Notes: a model not told the origin generated them from the sequence alone. Positions 1 to 7,832 are shown, counted from the stretch's first letter. The stretch is DNA of 12,093 nt from an uncultured bacterium (GCA_965368975.1 CBDUPA010000051.1:1-12093); one strand, 5' to 3'. Numbers and translations: made by a program.

Positions 1-50
1 AGAACCAGTTGATCATGGCGAGCACGGTCCGGCTCTAGATTCATACCAGG

Positions 51-53
51 TAC
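51..53 (+). repeat. Left junction core TAC (3-bp direct repeat; integrase catalytic Tyr codon)
   Basis: ccagg|TAC|gatcgc. Integrase-like coding starts abruptly here. The same frame upstream has a stop (TAG 36-38) and no ATG/GTG/TTG before 51. Confidence 0.8.
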
Positions 54-134
54 GATCGCCACTCATACGACCCCGAGAAGTCCGATGCCTTGACCCGCTG
101 GGCGGACAGGCTGGAGCAGATCCTCGCTGGGTAA
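51..134 (+). pseudogene. int: Detached 3' fragment of the integrase gene (YDRHSYDPEKSDALTRWADRLEQILAG*)
   Basis: Hand translation of 51..134 (TAA 132-134) fits the typical post-nucleophile tail of P4-like integrases (Y-D/N-R-x-x-Y-x-x-E-K/R-x-x-A-L/M-x-x-W-A-D-x-L). It has no start codon or RBS of its own and is too short for the ORF track. Confidence 0.9.
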
Positions 135-161
135 CGCGCTGCACCTTCGGGAAAACGACGA

Positions 162-218
162 TTCCACGAGAAATCCGAGCTGGCCCCGTTGACCACTCGC
201 CGCGTTCGCGAATAGAAC
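162..218 (+). promoter_or_regulatory. Putative sigma70-type promoter with conserved upstream box, copy 1
   Basis: TTGACC (189-194), 18-bp spacer, TAGAAC (213-218). 162-204 matches 961-1003 at 33/43 positions ungapped. Confidence 0.55.
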
Positions 219-273
219 CCACCACCACAGAGGGCGGCAATCCTGCCGCCGCTCAGCCAGCAAGGAGATCACC

Positions 274-690
274 ATGGGTTTCGAGTTCTACGAAGGCAAG
301 ACCACCGACAGCGCAGCGACCGCCGAAATCACTGTCCGCCGGGGCGGTGTCCTGGTCCTGACCGCCGCGACCGTCGAGATGCTGGGCAAGGAAACGACTC
401 ACGTCCAGCTCGGCTTTGATGTATCGAACCGCGCCATCGGTCTCAAGGCTGCGCCCGAGGGTGCCCGCGGCGGCTACCGGCTGCGGGTGCAGAGCAACAG
501 CGTCTCGCGCCTGATCGATGGCAAGCGCTTGTTTGCCGACCACGGCTTGAGCGCCGAGAAGGCGCGCCGCTTCGACGCCGAGGACTTCGGCGGTGGCGTT
601 GTCGGCTTTCGGTTGCCCGAGGCGGTCGAGGGTACCGAGATGCCGAGCAAGCCGGCAGCGCGAGCCAAGGCGCGCAGCGCCAAGAAGTGA
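274..690 (+). CDS. Hypothetical protein, 138 aa; beta-rich core with basic Ala/Lys/Arg tail, possibly DNA-binding
   Basis: AAGGAG RBS at 262-267, strong GC3 codon bias, C-terminus SKPAARAKARSAKK. Function is inference only. Confidence 0.85.
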   Translation: MGFEFYEGKTTDSAATAEITVRRGGVLVLTAATVEMLGKETTHVQLGFDVSNRAIGLKAAPEGARGGYRLRVQSNSVSRLIDGKRLFADHGLSAEKARRFDAEDFGGGVVGFRLPEAVEGTEMPSKPAARAKARSAKK

Positions 691-960
691 AGCACCCAGC
701 TTCCTCCCACCTCCGAATCGCACCTCGACTTTGCCGCTCCCACCGGGGCGGTTTTCCTTCGTAGCCACCGCCAGACCACGCACTCAGCCCTCCACGGCTG
801 CCCTCCATCAATGGAGAGCCTGCCTCCAGCCTGAACCCACCCTTGCCGGGTATCAGGCCACCTGAGTGACCTTGGTCACGCCCTCCAGGGCTCTCCATGC
901 CCTCTTCCCACCGCTGGCTACTTGATCACCACCAGACCAAGCGCTCTATTGCCCGAACGG

Positions 961-1017
961 TTCCCCGAGAATTCCGATGCCGTCCCGTTGACGAGTCGTC
1001 GCGAGATCCCGTATCCA
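961..1017 (+). promoter_or_regulatory. Putative promoter with conserved upstream box, copy 2 (upstream of the XerC-like gene)
   Basis: TTGACG (988-993), 18-bp spacer, weak -10 TATCCA (1012-1017). Diverged repeat of 162-204. Confidence 0.5.
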
Positions 1018-1128
1018 TGGAGAGAGCAAGACGACCGAAGAGACGAACTACACGGGAGTTACGACGTAGCTGACGCCTCCTTTCCAGCTCAACAGCCAAA
1101 GTCAGTCACCAGGAGAAAGGACACATCC

Positions 1129-2031
1129 ATGATCACCACCGCCAACCCGGCCCGCCTCTACATGGCCAGCCTGTCCAAAGGCAGTCAAGGTATGCGCCGC
1201 TGCCTCGACAAGATCGTCGACATCCTCGATCCCAGCCACACGATCGACACCTATCCTTGGTGGCGGCTGACCTACGCCGACGGCATGGCCGTACGGCAAG
1301 CCCTGGTCGAACGCTACCAGCCGGCCACCGTCAATAAGATCCTTTCCACCCTGCGCGGTGTGCTCAAGCAGTGCTGGGCGCTGGGTCTGATCGACGCCGA
1401 CGCCCACCAACGCGCCGCCGCCGTGCCGAATGTGCGCGCTTCCAAACTGCCAGCCGGCCGCGCCCTGGAGATGCCCGAGATCGTGCAGTTGTTTACGGCC
1501 TGCACCAGCGATGCCGGCCCCAAGGGCGCGCGCGATGCCGCCATGCTCGCGGTCCTGTATGGCTGTGGCCTGCGCCGGGGTGAGGTCGCCCGCCTCAACG
1601 TCGCCGACATCGACCTGGAGGAGGGCGCGGTCCTCGTGCACGGCAAAGGCAACAAAGAGCGCACGGTCTACCTGACCGATGCCGGGTGCCAGTACCTGGC
1701 CGCTTGGCTCAACGTCCGGGGCGATGAGCCAGGCCCGCTCTTCTGCCCGATCCGCCAGACTGGCGAGATCCGCCACACCCGCCTGCGCGGCAGCTGCATC
1801 GCCTACATCCTGCGCAAACGTCAACAGCAAGCGGGTGTAGACCACTTCTCGCCGCACGATCTTCGACGTTCCAACGTTACGCACTTGCTGAGTGCTGGCG
1901 TCGATGTCTTTACAGTCCAGCAACTCGCCGGTCACGCCAACGCCAACACCACCCTTCGCTATGACCGCAGAGGGGAGCAGGCCAAGCGTCAAGCCGTCCA
2001 GAGTCTGGAGCTTCCGACTCGGGCTGCTTGA
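1129..2031 (+). CDS. Intact XerC/D-like tyrosine recombinase, 300 aa, no arm-binding domain
   Basis: Catalytic set present: LYGCGLRRGE (R), HGKGNKER (K), SPHDLRR (HxxR), LAGH (H), TTLRY (Y). RBS AGGAGAAAGG at 1111-1120 supports ATG 1129 over the track's TTG 922. Confidence 0.95.
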   Translation: MITTANPARLYMASLSKGSQGMRRCLDKIVDILDPSHTIDTYPWWRLTYADGMAVRQALVERYQPATVNKILSTLRGVLKQCWALGLIDADAHQRAAAVPNVRASKLPAGRALEMPEIVQLFTACTSDAGPKGARDAAMLAVLYGCGLRRGEVARLNVADIDLEEGAVLVHGKGNKERTVYLTDAGCQYLAAWLNVRGDEPGPLFCPIRQTGEIRHTRLRGSCIAYILRKRQQQAGVDHFSPHDLRRSNVTHLLSAGVDVFTVQQLAGHANANTTLRYDRRGEQAKRQAVQSLELPTRAA

Positions 2032-2116
2032 GCCTCTTCTGGGTGTACATTGCCCGTACCTTGCACCGTGCAGGGTGTGCCGAGGTAGGTACCAGTTGAG
2101 AGCGTTCTCGACGCCG

Positions 2117-2158
2117 TTCGCAGCGAGGTAAGAGGGGGTGCCACCCGTTTCTACCTCG
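2117..2158. repeat. Palindromic repeat copy A (GGGGGTGCCACCC core), possible terminator or binding site
   Basis: CGAGGTA (2124-2130) pairs with TACCTCG (2152-2158) around GGGTG-C-CACCC. Diverged copy at 2497-2526. Confidence 0.55.
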
Positions 2159-2237
2159 TTAGTTCAGCTGCAAGATTGCTACTTCTCGGCAGGAATCGGT
2201 GGCCGAACCTGAGGAAGAAGGGCTCGGCAATTGACGC

Positions 2238-2276
2238 GCGTCGATTCATGCGTCGGTTGATGCGTCGATTCATGCG
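2238..2276 (+). repeat. Three tandem 12-bp repeats
   Basis: GCGTCGATTCAT / GCGTCGGTTGAT / GCGTCGATTCAT / GCG. Extra TGCGTCG copies at 2454-2460 and, inverted, at 2419-2425. Confidence 0.85.
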
Positions 2277-2496
2277 GTAGGAGCGAGAGAGGTCGCAAGC
2301 GCTGAGATTGTGACCTCAAATCTTCGGCAAGTCTCTGCAGCACAATTGGTTACACGCGCCCTTGAGGTGAAGTAGATTCTTGCCGAGCTTGGCCATCGCT
2401 CGTTCCCGCCCGTGATACCGACGCAAAATGGCCAAAAATCAACTGAGTCGTTATGCGTCGAAATAGCTCCCCAGCTCTAGCGTGAGTATTCCGAGC

Positions 2497-2526
2497 TTCG
2501 CAGGGGGTGCCACCCCTGCTTACCTC
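2497..2526. repeat. Palindromic repeat copy B
   Basis: TTCGCAGGGGGTGCCACCCCTGCTTACCTC shares TTCGCAG, AGGGGGTGCCACCC and TACCTC with copy A. GCAGGGGGTG-C-CACCCCTGC is a near-perfect palindrome. Confidence 0.6.
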
Positions 2527-2937
2527 TGCTCCACGCTGGCTCCACCCTGGTACACCTTCGGACCATGCGCCGTACCTTGGCTGAAGCTAGCCGAAGTAGG
2601 CGTTGCGTAGCGACCTGAGCTGAGCTGAGCGAGGGGACCGGAGGGTGTCGCCGGGCGTCGGCGAGGTGGAATCCGAGTGCCTTGCCCGCACCTCTGGTGA
2701 CTGGTTACGTGGTCCCGGAAACGACGAAATGGAATGCCCATACGAACTCGTAGCGACCGGCGAGATCGTGACGAGGCTCGGCGATTTGTCGCCCGGAGTC
2801 GGAGACATTTTGCCGAAGCCCGGCACAGCGAACTGGAAGTAGCCAGACAGGTTCTGCTGCACCGATCTCGCAAATGTTAGAGTAGATGCGAAGGATCCGG
2901 AGGTCTTGCCGGGAATACAGTTCAAAGGAGTAGCTAC

Positions 2938-4554
2938 ATGTTGAAGAGCTTATCGCTGATACTTCTACTAGCGAGCTTACTAGGAGCTTCCAGTCTGGAG
3001 GAAGCGTGCGGACGACTCGGTGATGTGGACCGACTTACTGGGCCCCATTCTCCTCTTCTTAGTGAATTCGGCGTTTTTCGCTCTGATGGCAGGTCTGAGT
3101 ATGACCTTATTGGTTTCACGGCCATCTCGCAGTATGGACATGATCAAGTAGCTAGTGAGTTCTTAGATCTTCCGGTTGGCGTGCATTCCTTTCAGCTAAG
3201 GCACTTCTTATCCTGCCCCCAACGCACTGGCTATGATGAGTCTTTATACATCTATCGCCAGGATTTCGATAATGTTATGTCTCGGTTCTATGCTGAAGAT
3301 TTTACGATTGACTTAGACTCTTGGGAGGTTGAAGAGCAGGATATTCCCAGGCGTATTGCAACGCATCGGCGTGATGGTGATGCAATTGTGTTGCCGATCA
3401 AACGAGGAGACGGCGCCATTCAGAAGTTCCGAATTGCATTGCTAATATCGCCGCAGGAAACCGCTAGAATAGTTAGAAAATTGAGCTGGTCTTCGATGCG
3501 CCTCATTGGTAGGGATATTGCTATCTACGATGATAGCGATATTCATGTATTGACCCGGGTCAACGGCCATCGCAAGGCATCTCAAGTTGAAGCGCTGAGG
3601 ATTATAAGAGACCATCTCGGGGATGCTTACTCAGTTATCGTATTTGATGTTGAGATTTCCCAGGAAGATAATTTTAACATTACTGAACCGAGCTGTATTC
3701 TGCCTGTCCTCCTCCACGGGGGGCTACTGGACAGGGAATTGATCAAACTAGGAGGTTATGGAGATTGCTCTCAGGCCGGTATTCTCTTTGATGGCAGGGA
3801 ATTTCATGATGACCTCAATGACTTGAGCTTGGCGTCGAAAGCCTATACAGCCTCGCAAAGGTTGCGCACCGCACTGGAGGAGTCTTCGCGTCAAGTTCGG
3901 CCTGCCTTGTGCGGGTCTAAGAACAACAATCGAGAAGTAGAGTGCGTTAGACTGACCGAGGTACTGAGTGTCTTGGATCGCCTTGAGACAGATGCGGTAG
4001 CGCTGTTTGAGCAGGAAAGGAACTTGGCGGGACTGGGTAGCTACTTCCTGGTGGGATTACATAGAATTCGCAACCTGGTCTGGTCTCTTAGAGAAGATGA
4101 CCGGTTGAGAACATCGCACGTGTCGGATCTGTCGCGGGTCAGGTTGGCTCTTGCTAACTCCTATGATTCGCATGACATTAATAGCTTGGCTATGAAGGGG
4201 AATTTGTGGATAGACACCAAGAAATGGTTGAGTGACTTGATAGATCAAGTGAGAGATACGAGTGGAGATCTCTCTGTGACAGTTTCTATCCGGAGTCTGC
4301 CAGTTGGCGCTATTGTCCGCATTTACCCTGTATTGCTATCCGAAGAAGTGAGAACTTTTAGAACAAATCAACAAGCAGAGATTTTTAGAGGCCTCTATGC
4401 ATACAAGGTTGAGTTATTTGGATACAAGACTATACAGGGAGATAATCTCGACCTAGTTAACGATAAGAGAAATGAGTTTATCTGTACACTGATTAGTGTC
4501 GAGGCGGAAGGTGATGAAGGAAACTGTGTGCCATACTCTTCTAGGGAGCCGTAG
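2938..4554 (+). CDS. Hypothetical exported protein, 538 aa; signal peptide, possible C-terminal PEGA-like domain
   Basis: AAGGAG RBS 2925-2930. N-terminus MLKSLSLILLLASLLGA. C-terminal VSIRSLPVGAIVRIY...GLYAYKVELFGYKT resembles the PEGA pattern. GC is lower than the backbone. Confidence 0.8.
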   Translation: MLKSLSLILLLASLLGASSLEEACGRLGDVDRLTGPHSPLLSEFGVFRSDGRSEYDLIGFTAISQYGHDQVASEFLDLPVGVHSFQLRHFLSCPQRTGYDESLYIYRQDFDNVMSRFYAEDFTIDLDSWEVEEQDIPRRIATHRRDGDAIVLPIKRGDGAIQKFRIALLISPQETARIVRKLSWSSMRLIGRDIAIYDDSDIHVLTRVNGHRKASQVEALRIIRDHLGDAYSVIVFDVEISQEDNFNITEPSCILPVLLHGGLLDRELIKLGGYGDCSQAGILFDGREFHDDLNDLSLASKAYTASQRLRTALEESSRQVRPALCGSKNNNREVECVRLTEVLSVLDRLETDAVALFEQERNLAGLGSYFLVGLHRIRNLVWSLREDDRLRTSHVSDLSRVRLALANSYDSHDINSLAMKGNLWIDTKKWLSDLIDQVRDTSGDLSVTVSIRSLPVGAIVRIYPVLLSEEVRTFRTNQQAEIFRGLYAYKVELFGYKTIQGDNLDLVNDKRNEFICTLISVEAEGDEGNCVPYSSREP

Positions 4555-4683
4555 GCTAGTAGGAATTGCAGTCGGAAGGCAGTGGCTAGCTTCTGAGCTG
4601 GCCTCCGCTATCGTCGTGATTCTAGCCGAAGGAACTGGGGCACCGGACTACTCGACTCTTAAGGTTGAAAGGAGGCAGTCTCT

Positions 4684-5286
4684 ATGAAGGAACCAATACG
4701 GAATCTTGCTCACACGAGACTCTACATTAGATACGTACTAACATTCGGGGTGGGCGTAGGCATTGGGCTGGCTCCGTTTCTTGGCCGAGCTGGAATTCCT
4801 GGATTCTCTGGAGTACTGCAATTGTTCCCTGTTGGTCTTCAAAGGGATCTTGTTCCTCTGAGTGCCTTTCTGATGGGAAGCGTTGCGGTCGCAGTGCAAT
4901 TCTACTCCAGGACTTACGTGGGTTATGAGAGAATCAAGAAGACATTTAGGAGAGCTCTTATGGTCCTTGCGTTGTCTTTTTTGTCTCTTGTAATTGGGTA
5001 CTCTGTGCTTGTTGTCTCGGTGCCTGTGCAAATGGCTGAAGAAAGTGTCGCCTTTGTTACTTCTGTCATGCGCCCCGATTCCTGTGTTTGCAGCAGGAAT
5101 GTTTCAGATGTGCAATGCATTCAACAGATCTCCCTGAATCCTGCTGCAGTTGAGTCCTGTTGGGGAAGTTTGCGGGTGAAGATTAGTAAATTGATACTTC
5201 GACTGAATTATCTGTTGGTCACGGCCTCATTTGGTGCGATAATTGGCATATTGTTGATTCGAGATATCAAGAAGTCGGGAGGGTAA
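4684..5286 (+). CDS. Hypothetical membrane protein, 200 aa, about 4 TM segments and a loop with 4 Cys
   Basis: AAGGAGG RBS 4669-4675. Four hydrophobic stretches. Loop SCVC...QCI...SCW before the last helix. Confidence 0.85.
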   Translation: MKEPIRNLAHTRLYIRYVLTFGVGVGIGLAPFLGRAGIPGFSGVLQLFPVGLQRDLVPLSAFLMGSVAVAVQFYSRTYVGYERIKKTFRRALMVLALSFLSLVIGYSVLVVSVPVQMAEESVAFVTSVMRPDSCVCSRNVSDVQCIQQISLNPAAVESCWGSLRVKISKLILRLNYLLVTASFGAIIGILLIRDIKKSGG

Positions 5287-5414
5287 CTTGTGTGGATTCC
5301 CACGTTGAGCCCCGAGCAGGGTGGTGTCAACTCTTGGTCGAGCATGGCAGAGTAGGCCGATGAACCACCGGACAGGTCTGTCAACTTCGTGTCGAGCCTG
5401 GCAGAAGTAGGCCT

Positions 5415-6204
5415 ATGAGCCATCAAGCACTGAGCTACAGAGGGCACCGATTCCCACCTCAGATCATCAGCTATGCTGTTTGGCTCTACTACCGGTTCAG
5501 CCTCAGCTTCCGCGACGTCGAAGATCTGCTTGCAGAGCGAGGAGTGACAGTCTCTTATGAGGCTATCCGTCAGTGGTGCGGGAAGTTTGGTAGCGAATAC
5601 GCTCGCCGAATCAAGAGAAGGGCCGGTCGCCTCGGTGACATCTGGTACTTGGACGAGATGTTCGTGAAGGTCCAGGGGCGCGAGCATTACCTGTGGCGAG
5701 CAGTGGACCAAGAGGGTGATGTCCTCGACATCCTGGTGCAGTCTTCGGCGAGATTGCCGAGCGGCGAAGCGTTTCTTCCGGAAGCTACTAAGGCGGCCGC
5801 TGGCCGCAACCAAAGGTCAGCCCAGTCTGGCCAGAAGAGCGGCCGAGCACTCGCGTGGCGAAAAAATCGGCCTTCCGAAAGCGGCCATAACTCAGTGACA
5901 AAGAGTGAGTTGCAGGTGGAACCCGAAGAAGAACTTCGAAAATTCCAAGTTGTGGAGTAGTAAGCCACTAAGGGGGCAGGGTGCAACCCCGAACCGTTTG
6001 ATAACCGACAAGCTCAGAAGCTACGGTTCGGTTCGTCGGGAAGTGATGCCCTCGGTTCCGCATATAACCGATCGTTGGGCGAACAACAGGGAAGGAGTTT
6101 TCGCATGAAGCAGTTCGTCAGCGAGAACGGCAACAGCGTAGATTCAAGAGCCCGACAGACACGCTCAGCGATTCCTCTCCGTACATGGAGTCGTTGGGAA
6201 CCTC
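5415..6204 (+). pseudogene. IS6-family DDE transposase pseudogene (frameshifts, 180-bp insertion, truncated 3' end)
   Basis: YRGHRFPPQIISYAVWLYYRF...WYLDEMFVK...YLWRAVDQEGDVLDILVQS. Frameshift near 5745 into RRDCRAAKRFFRKLL. Resumes after the insert as GQGATPNRLITDKLRSYG...NNR, then SHEAVRQRERQQRRFKS and HAQRFLSVHGVVGNL in shifted frames. Confidence 0.93.
5794..5973. mobile_element. 180-bp non-coding insertion (MITE-like) inside the IS6 transposase
   Basis: Transposase similarity stops at RKLLR and resumes exactly 180 bp later. Flanked by AAGCTACTAAGG (5782-5793) and AAGCCACTAAGG (5962-5973). Hairpin GCGGCC-GCT-GGCCGC at its left edge. Confidence 0.7.
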
Positions 6205-6266
6205 TCTGTGCCATTAATCAACTTGACGATACCGACAATACCGATCAAGTGTAAGGGAGATTAAAC

Positions 6267-7832
6267 GTGGGATTTCGCGTTGAAGTAGATGAAGACTCGC
6301 AGGCACTCCTTGACAGAATTCGAACCCACCCAGGTATGGTATTCGATCGGCCATATAAAGGATATCTCCTGTTCCTGGCTGGGGCTGCTGACAAGAGCGC
6401 GGTTGAATGGATTGCCTCCAACTCCTTAGCGCTCGACTCTTTGACTGGCGAGGATGTAGCTTTTGCAGTCTTTGTGCGCAGGTTTAAAATGAAGCTAATT
6501 ACAGGGCACCGCACTTGGACCAAGAAAAGATTTCTCGGTGAGATTCCAATTGAGGGAGATCTGAAGATACACAGGATATCAGAATTGATAAAGTCTGGGC
6601 AATGGGGATGGGTTGCTGATGGGGATGAAATTGCAGCTGTGACCTACGCAGTTGATCGCATAGCAAGAGGCCTGAACATTCTGGACAAGCTTCCGTGCGT
6701 AGTAGTACTAGATGCTGTACCTTCAAACAGAATAAATGTAATTCCTCTTTCGGAAGCCACGAGAGCATCCTTCATCGAGCTGCTTCGCAGGGCTCTGTCA
6801 AAGTTATTGAGAATGAAGGGTTGCGAGCTGATCGAATCTTCAGTTCAGCGCCTTACCAATCTCCATGGCGCAATCGATAGGCCCTCGCGTCTTCGTCTGT
6901 CAACCAAGCAATCGTTAAGAATTGCCAAGAGAGACCTAGAGCGTGCAACGCTTTCTCATCCTACATTTCCAGAGGAGCCTGAGAAGATTTCGGTCAATAT
7001 TTCTAGTGGGATTTTAACAACAATATCAAGGCAATGGATGGAGGCCGCCGAAGCACTCCGGAATGGATCTTTGCCGGAATTCCGTAGAGCTCTGTCTGGT
7101 CGATCAGGAAGGGAAAAGTACAAATCTAAGAAGATGTGTCAACTTCCTGGGCTCAGAGTACAAGACTTTCGGAGTGTATTTCAGCACGCTGAATGTCATT
7201 CCCTGGAGTTGCTCCAGTTGAATACAGCAATTCAGTACTGCCAGGCCAAAAGGCTAACGACGGGAACTGAGAAGGAGAATCATATTGGTGACTTTGTGCG
7301 GGAGCAAATTCTCAGCACGTCAAGAAGTCGAGATCTGAAATTGGATAACAAGGGAGAGGTTGAGAGAAGTCCTGAATCTCTTGAAGGCAGGCGAGAGACC
7401 ATCATCGACGATATTATGTCGCGCGTTCCATCTGAAGAAAGTCTTCGACGCAACATAATTGAGATCAGGAAAGATAGAGCCTTACAGAAATGGCAAAATG
7501 AGCTGGCAGAGTACGAAGAGAGAACCGCAAAGCACATGAAAAACTTGGATGCGCTCAAACAGAAAGTAGCGACGATCGAAAGACAATTGAGTTCCTTGAG
7601 TCCTGAAAGAACGGAAGAGCTAACTCAAGAGGCGGCGGCGAAGTATGAAGCCGCTGTGAGAGATTATCTTGCAGAGAGTCCTCCGTCGTTCTGGGAGGCA
7701 GTTTCGGATTCTCTTAGAGAAATGAAGCTTGAGCATTACAGCTCCAGCATCCCTGTACGTGCTGCGGAAATTGCTGGAGGAATATTCAAGCCAGATTTCT
7801 TGCTTAAATTTTGGCAGACCGCGGCGGGCTAA
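6267..7832 (+). CDS. Hypothetical protein, 521 aa; N-terminal alpha/beta domain and C-terminal coiled coil
   Basis: GTG start with AAGGGAG RBS 6253-6259. Long lower-GC ORF. Charged heptad-like region (LQKWQNELAEYEERTAKHMKNLDALKQKVATIERQL). Confidence 0.85.
   Translation: MGFRVEVDEDSQALLDRIRTHPGMVFDRPYKGYLLFLAGAADKSAVEWIASNSLALDSLTGEDVAFAVFVRRFKMKLITGHRTWTKKRFLGEIPIEGDLKIHRISELIKSGQWGWVADGDEIAAVTYAVDRIARGLNILDKLPCVVVLDAVPSNRINVIPLSEATRASFIELLRRALSKLLRMKGCELIESSVQRLTNLHGAIDRPSRLRLSTKQSLRIAKRDLERATLSHPTFPEEPEKISVNISSGILTTISRQWMEAAEALRNGSLPEFRRALSGRSGREKYKSKKMCQLPGLRVQDFRSVFQHAECHSLELLQLNTAIQYCQAKRLTTGTEKENHIGDFVREQILSTSRSRDLKLDNKGEVERSPESLEGRRETIIDDIMSRVPSEESLRRNIIEIRKDRALQKWQNELAEYEERTAKHMKNLDALKQKVATIERQLSSLSPERTEELTQEAAAKYEAAVRDYLAESPPSFWEAVSDSLREMKLEHYSSSIPVRAAEIAGGIFKPDFLLKFWQTAAG

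Larger units (their letters stand above)
5320..6242 (+). mobile_element. Decayed IS6-family element with doubled ends
   Basis: Left end GGTGGTGTCAACTC (5320-5333) and a second left end AGGTCTGTCAACTT (5374-5387). Right end AACTTGACGATACC (6220-6233) followed by GACAATACC (6234-6242). Encloses IS6 transposase remains. No target duplication seen. Confidence 0.7.

Noticed and set aside
1-50. tRNA/tmRNA as integration target
   Set aside because: No cloverleaf or T-arm motif in either flank or in the rebuilt empty site.
41-68. TCATAC repeated at 41-46 and 63-68 as an alternative junction
   Set aside because: Absent at the right end. Only the TAC at 51 restores the integrase frame.
922-1128. TTG start extension of the XerC-like ORF
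   Set aside because: Not recombinase-like, overlaps a putative promoter, and a strong RBS precedes ATG 1129.
1102-1992. Long antisense ORFs (also 253..783, 5208..5813, 10176..11009, 11367..12035)
   Set aside because: Shadows of GC-rich real genes on the opposite strand, with no recognisable motifs.
2086-2093. TAGGTACC matches the reverse complement of the rebuilt attB centre (possible guide RNA, bridge-RNA style)
   Set aside because: An 8-mer match is expected by chance in 12 kb, and no paired donor-matching segment was found. Only covariation with targets across elements could rescue it.
2238-2276. Tandem repeats as a CRISPR array
   Set aside because: 12-bp units with no spacers and no cas genes.
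2520-2925. Short ORFs between the recombinase and the cargo
   Set aside because: No convincing RBS, codon bias or motifs; treated as non-coding.
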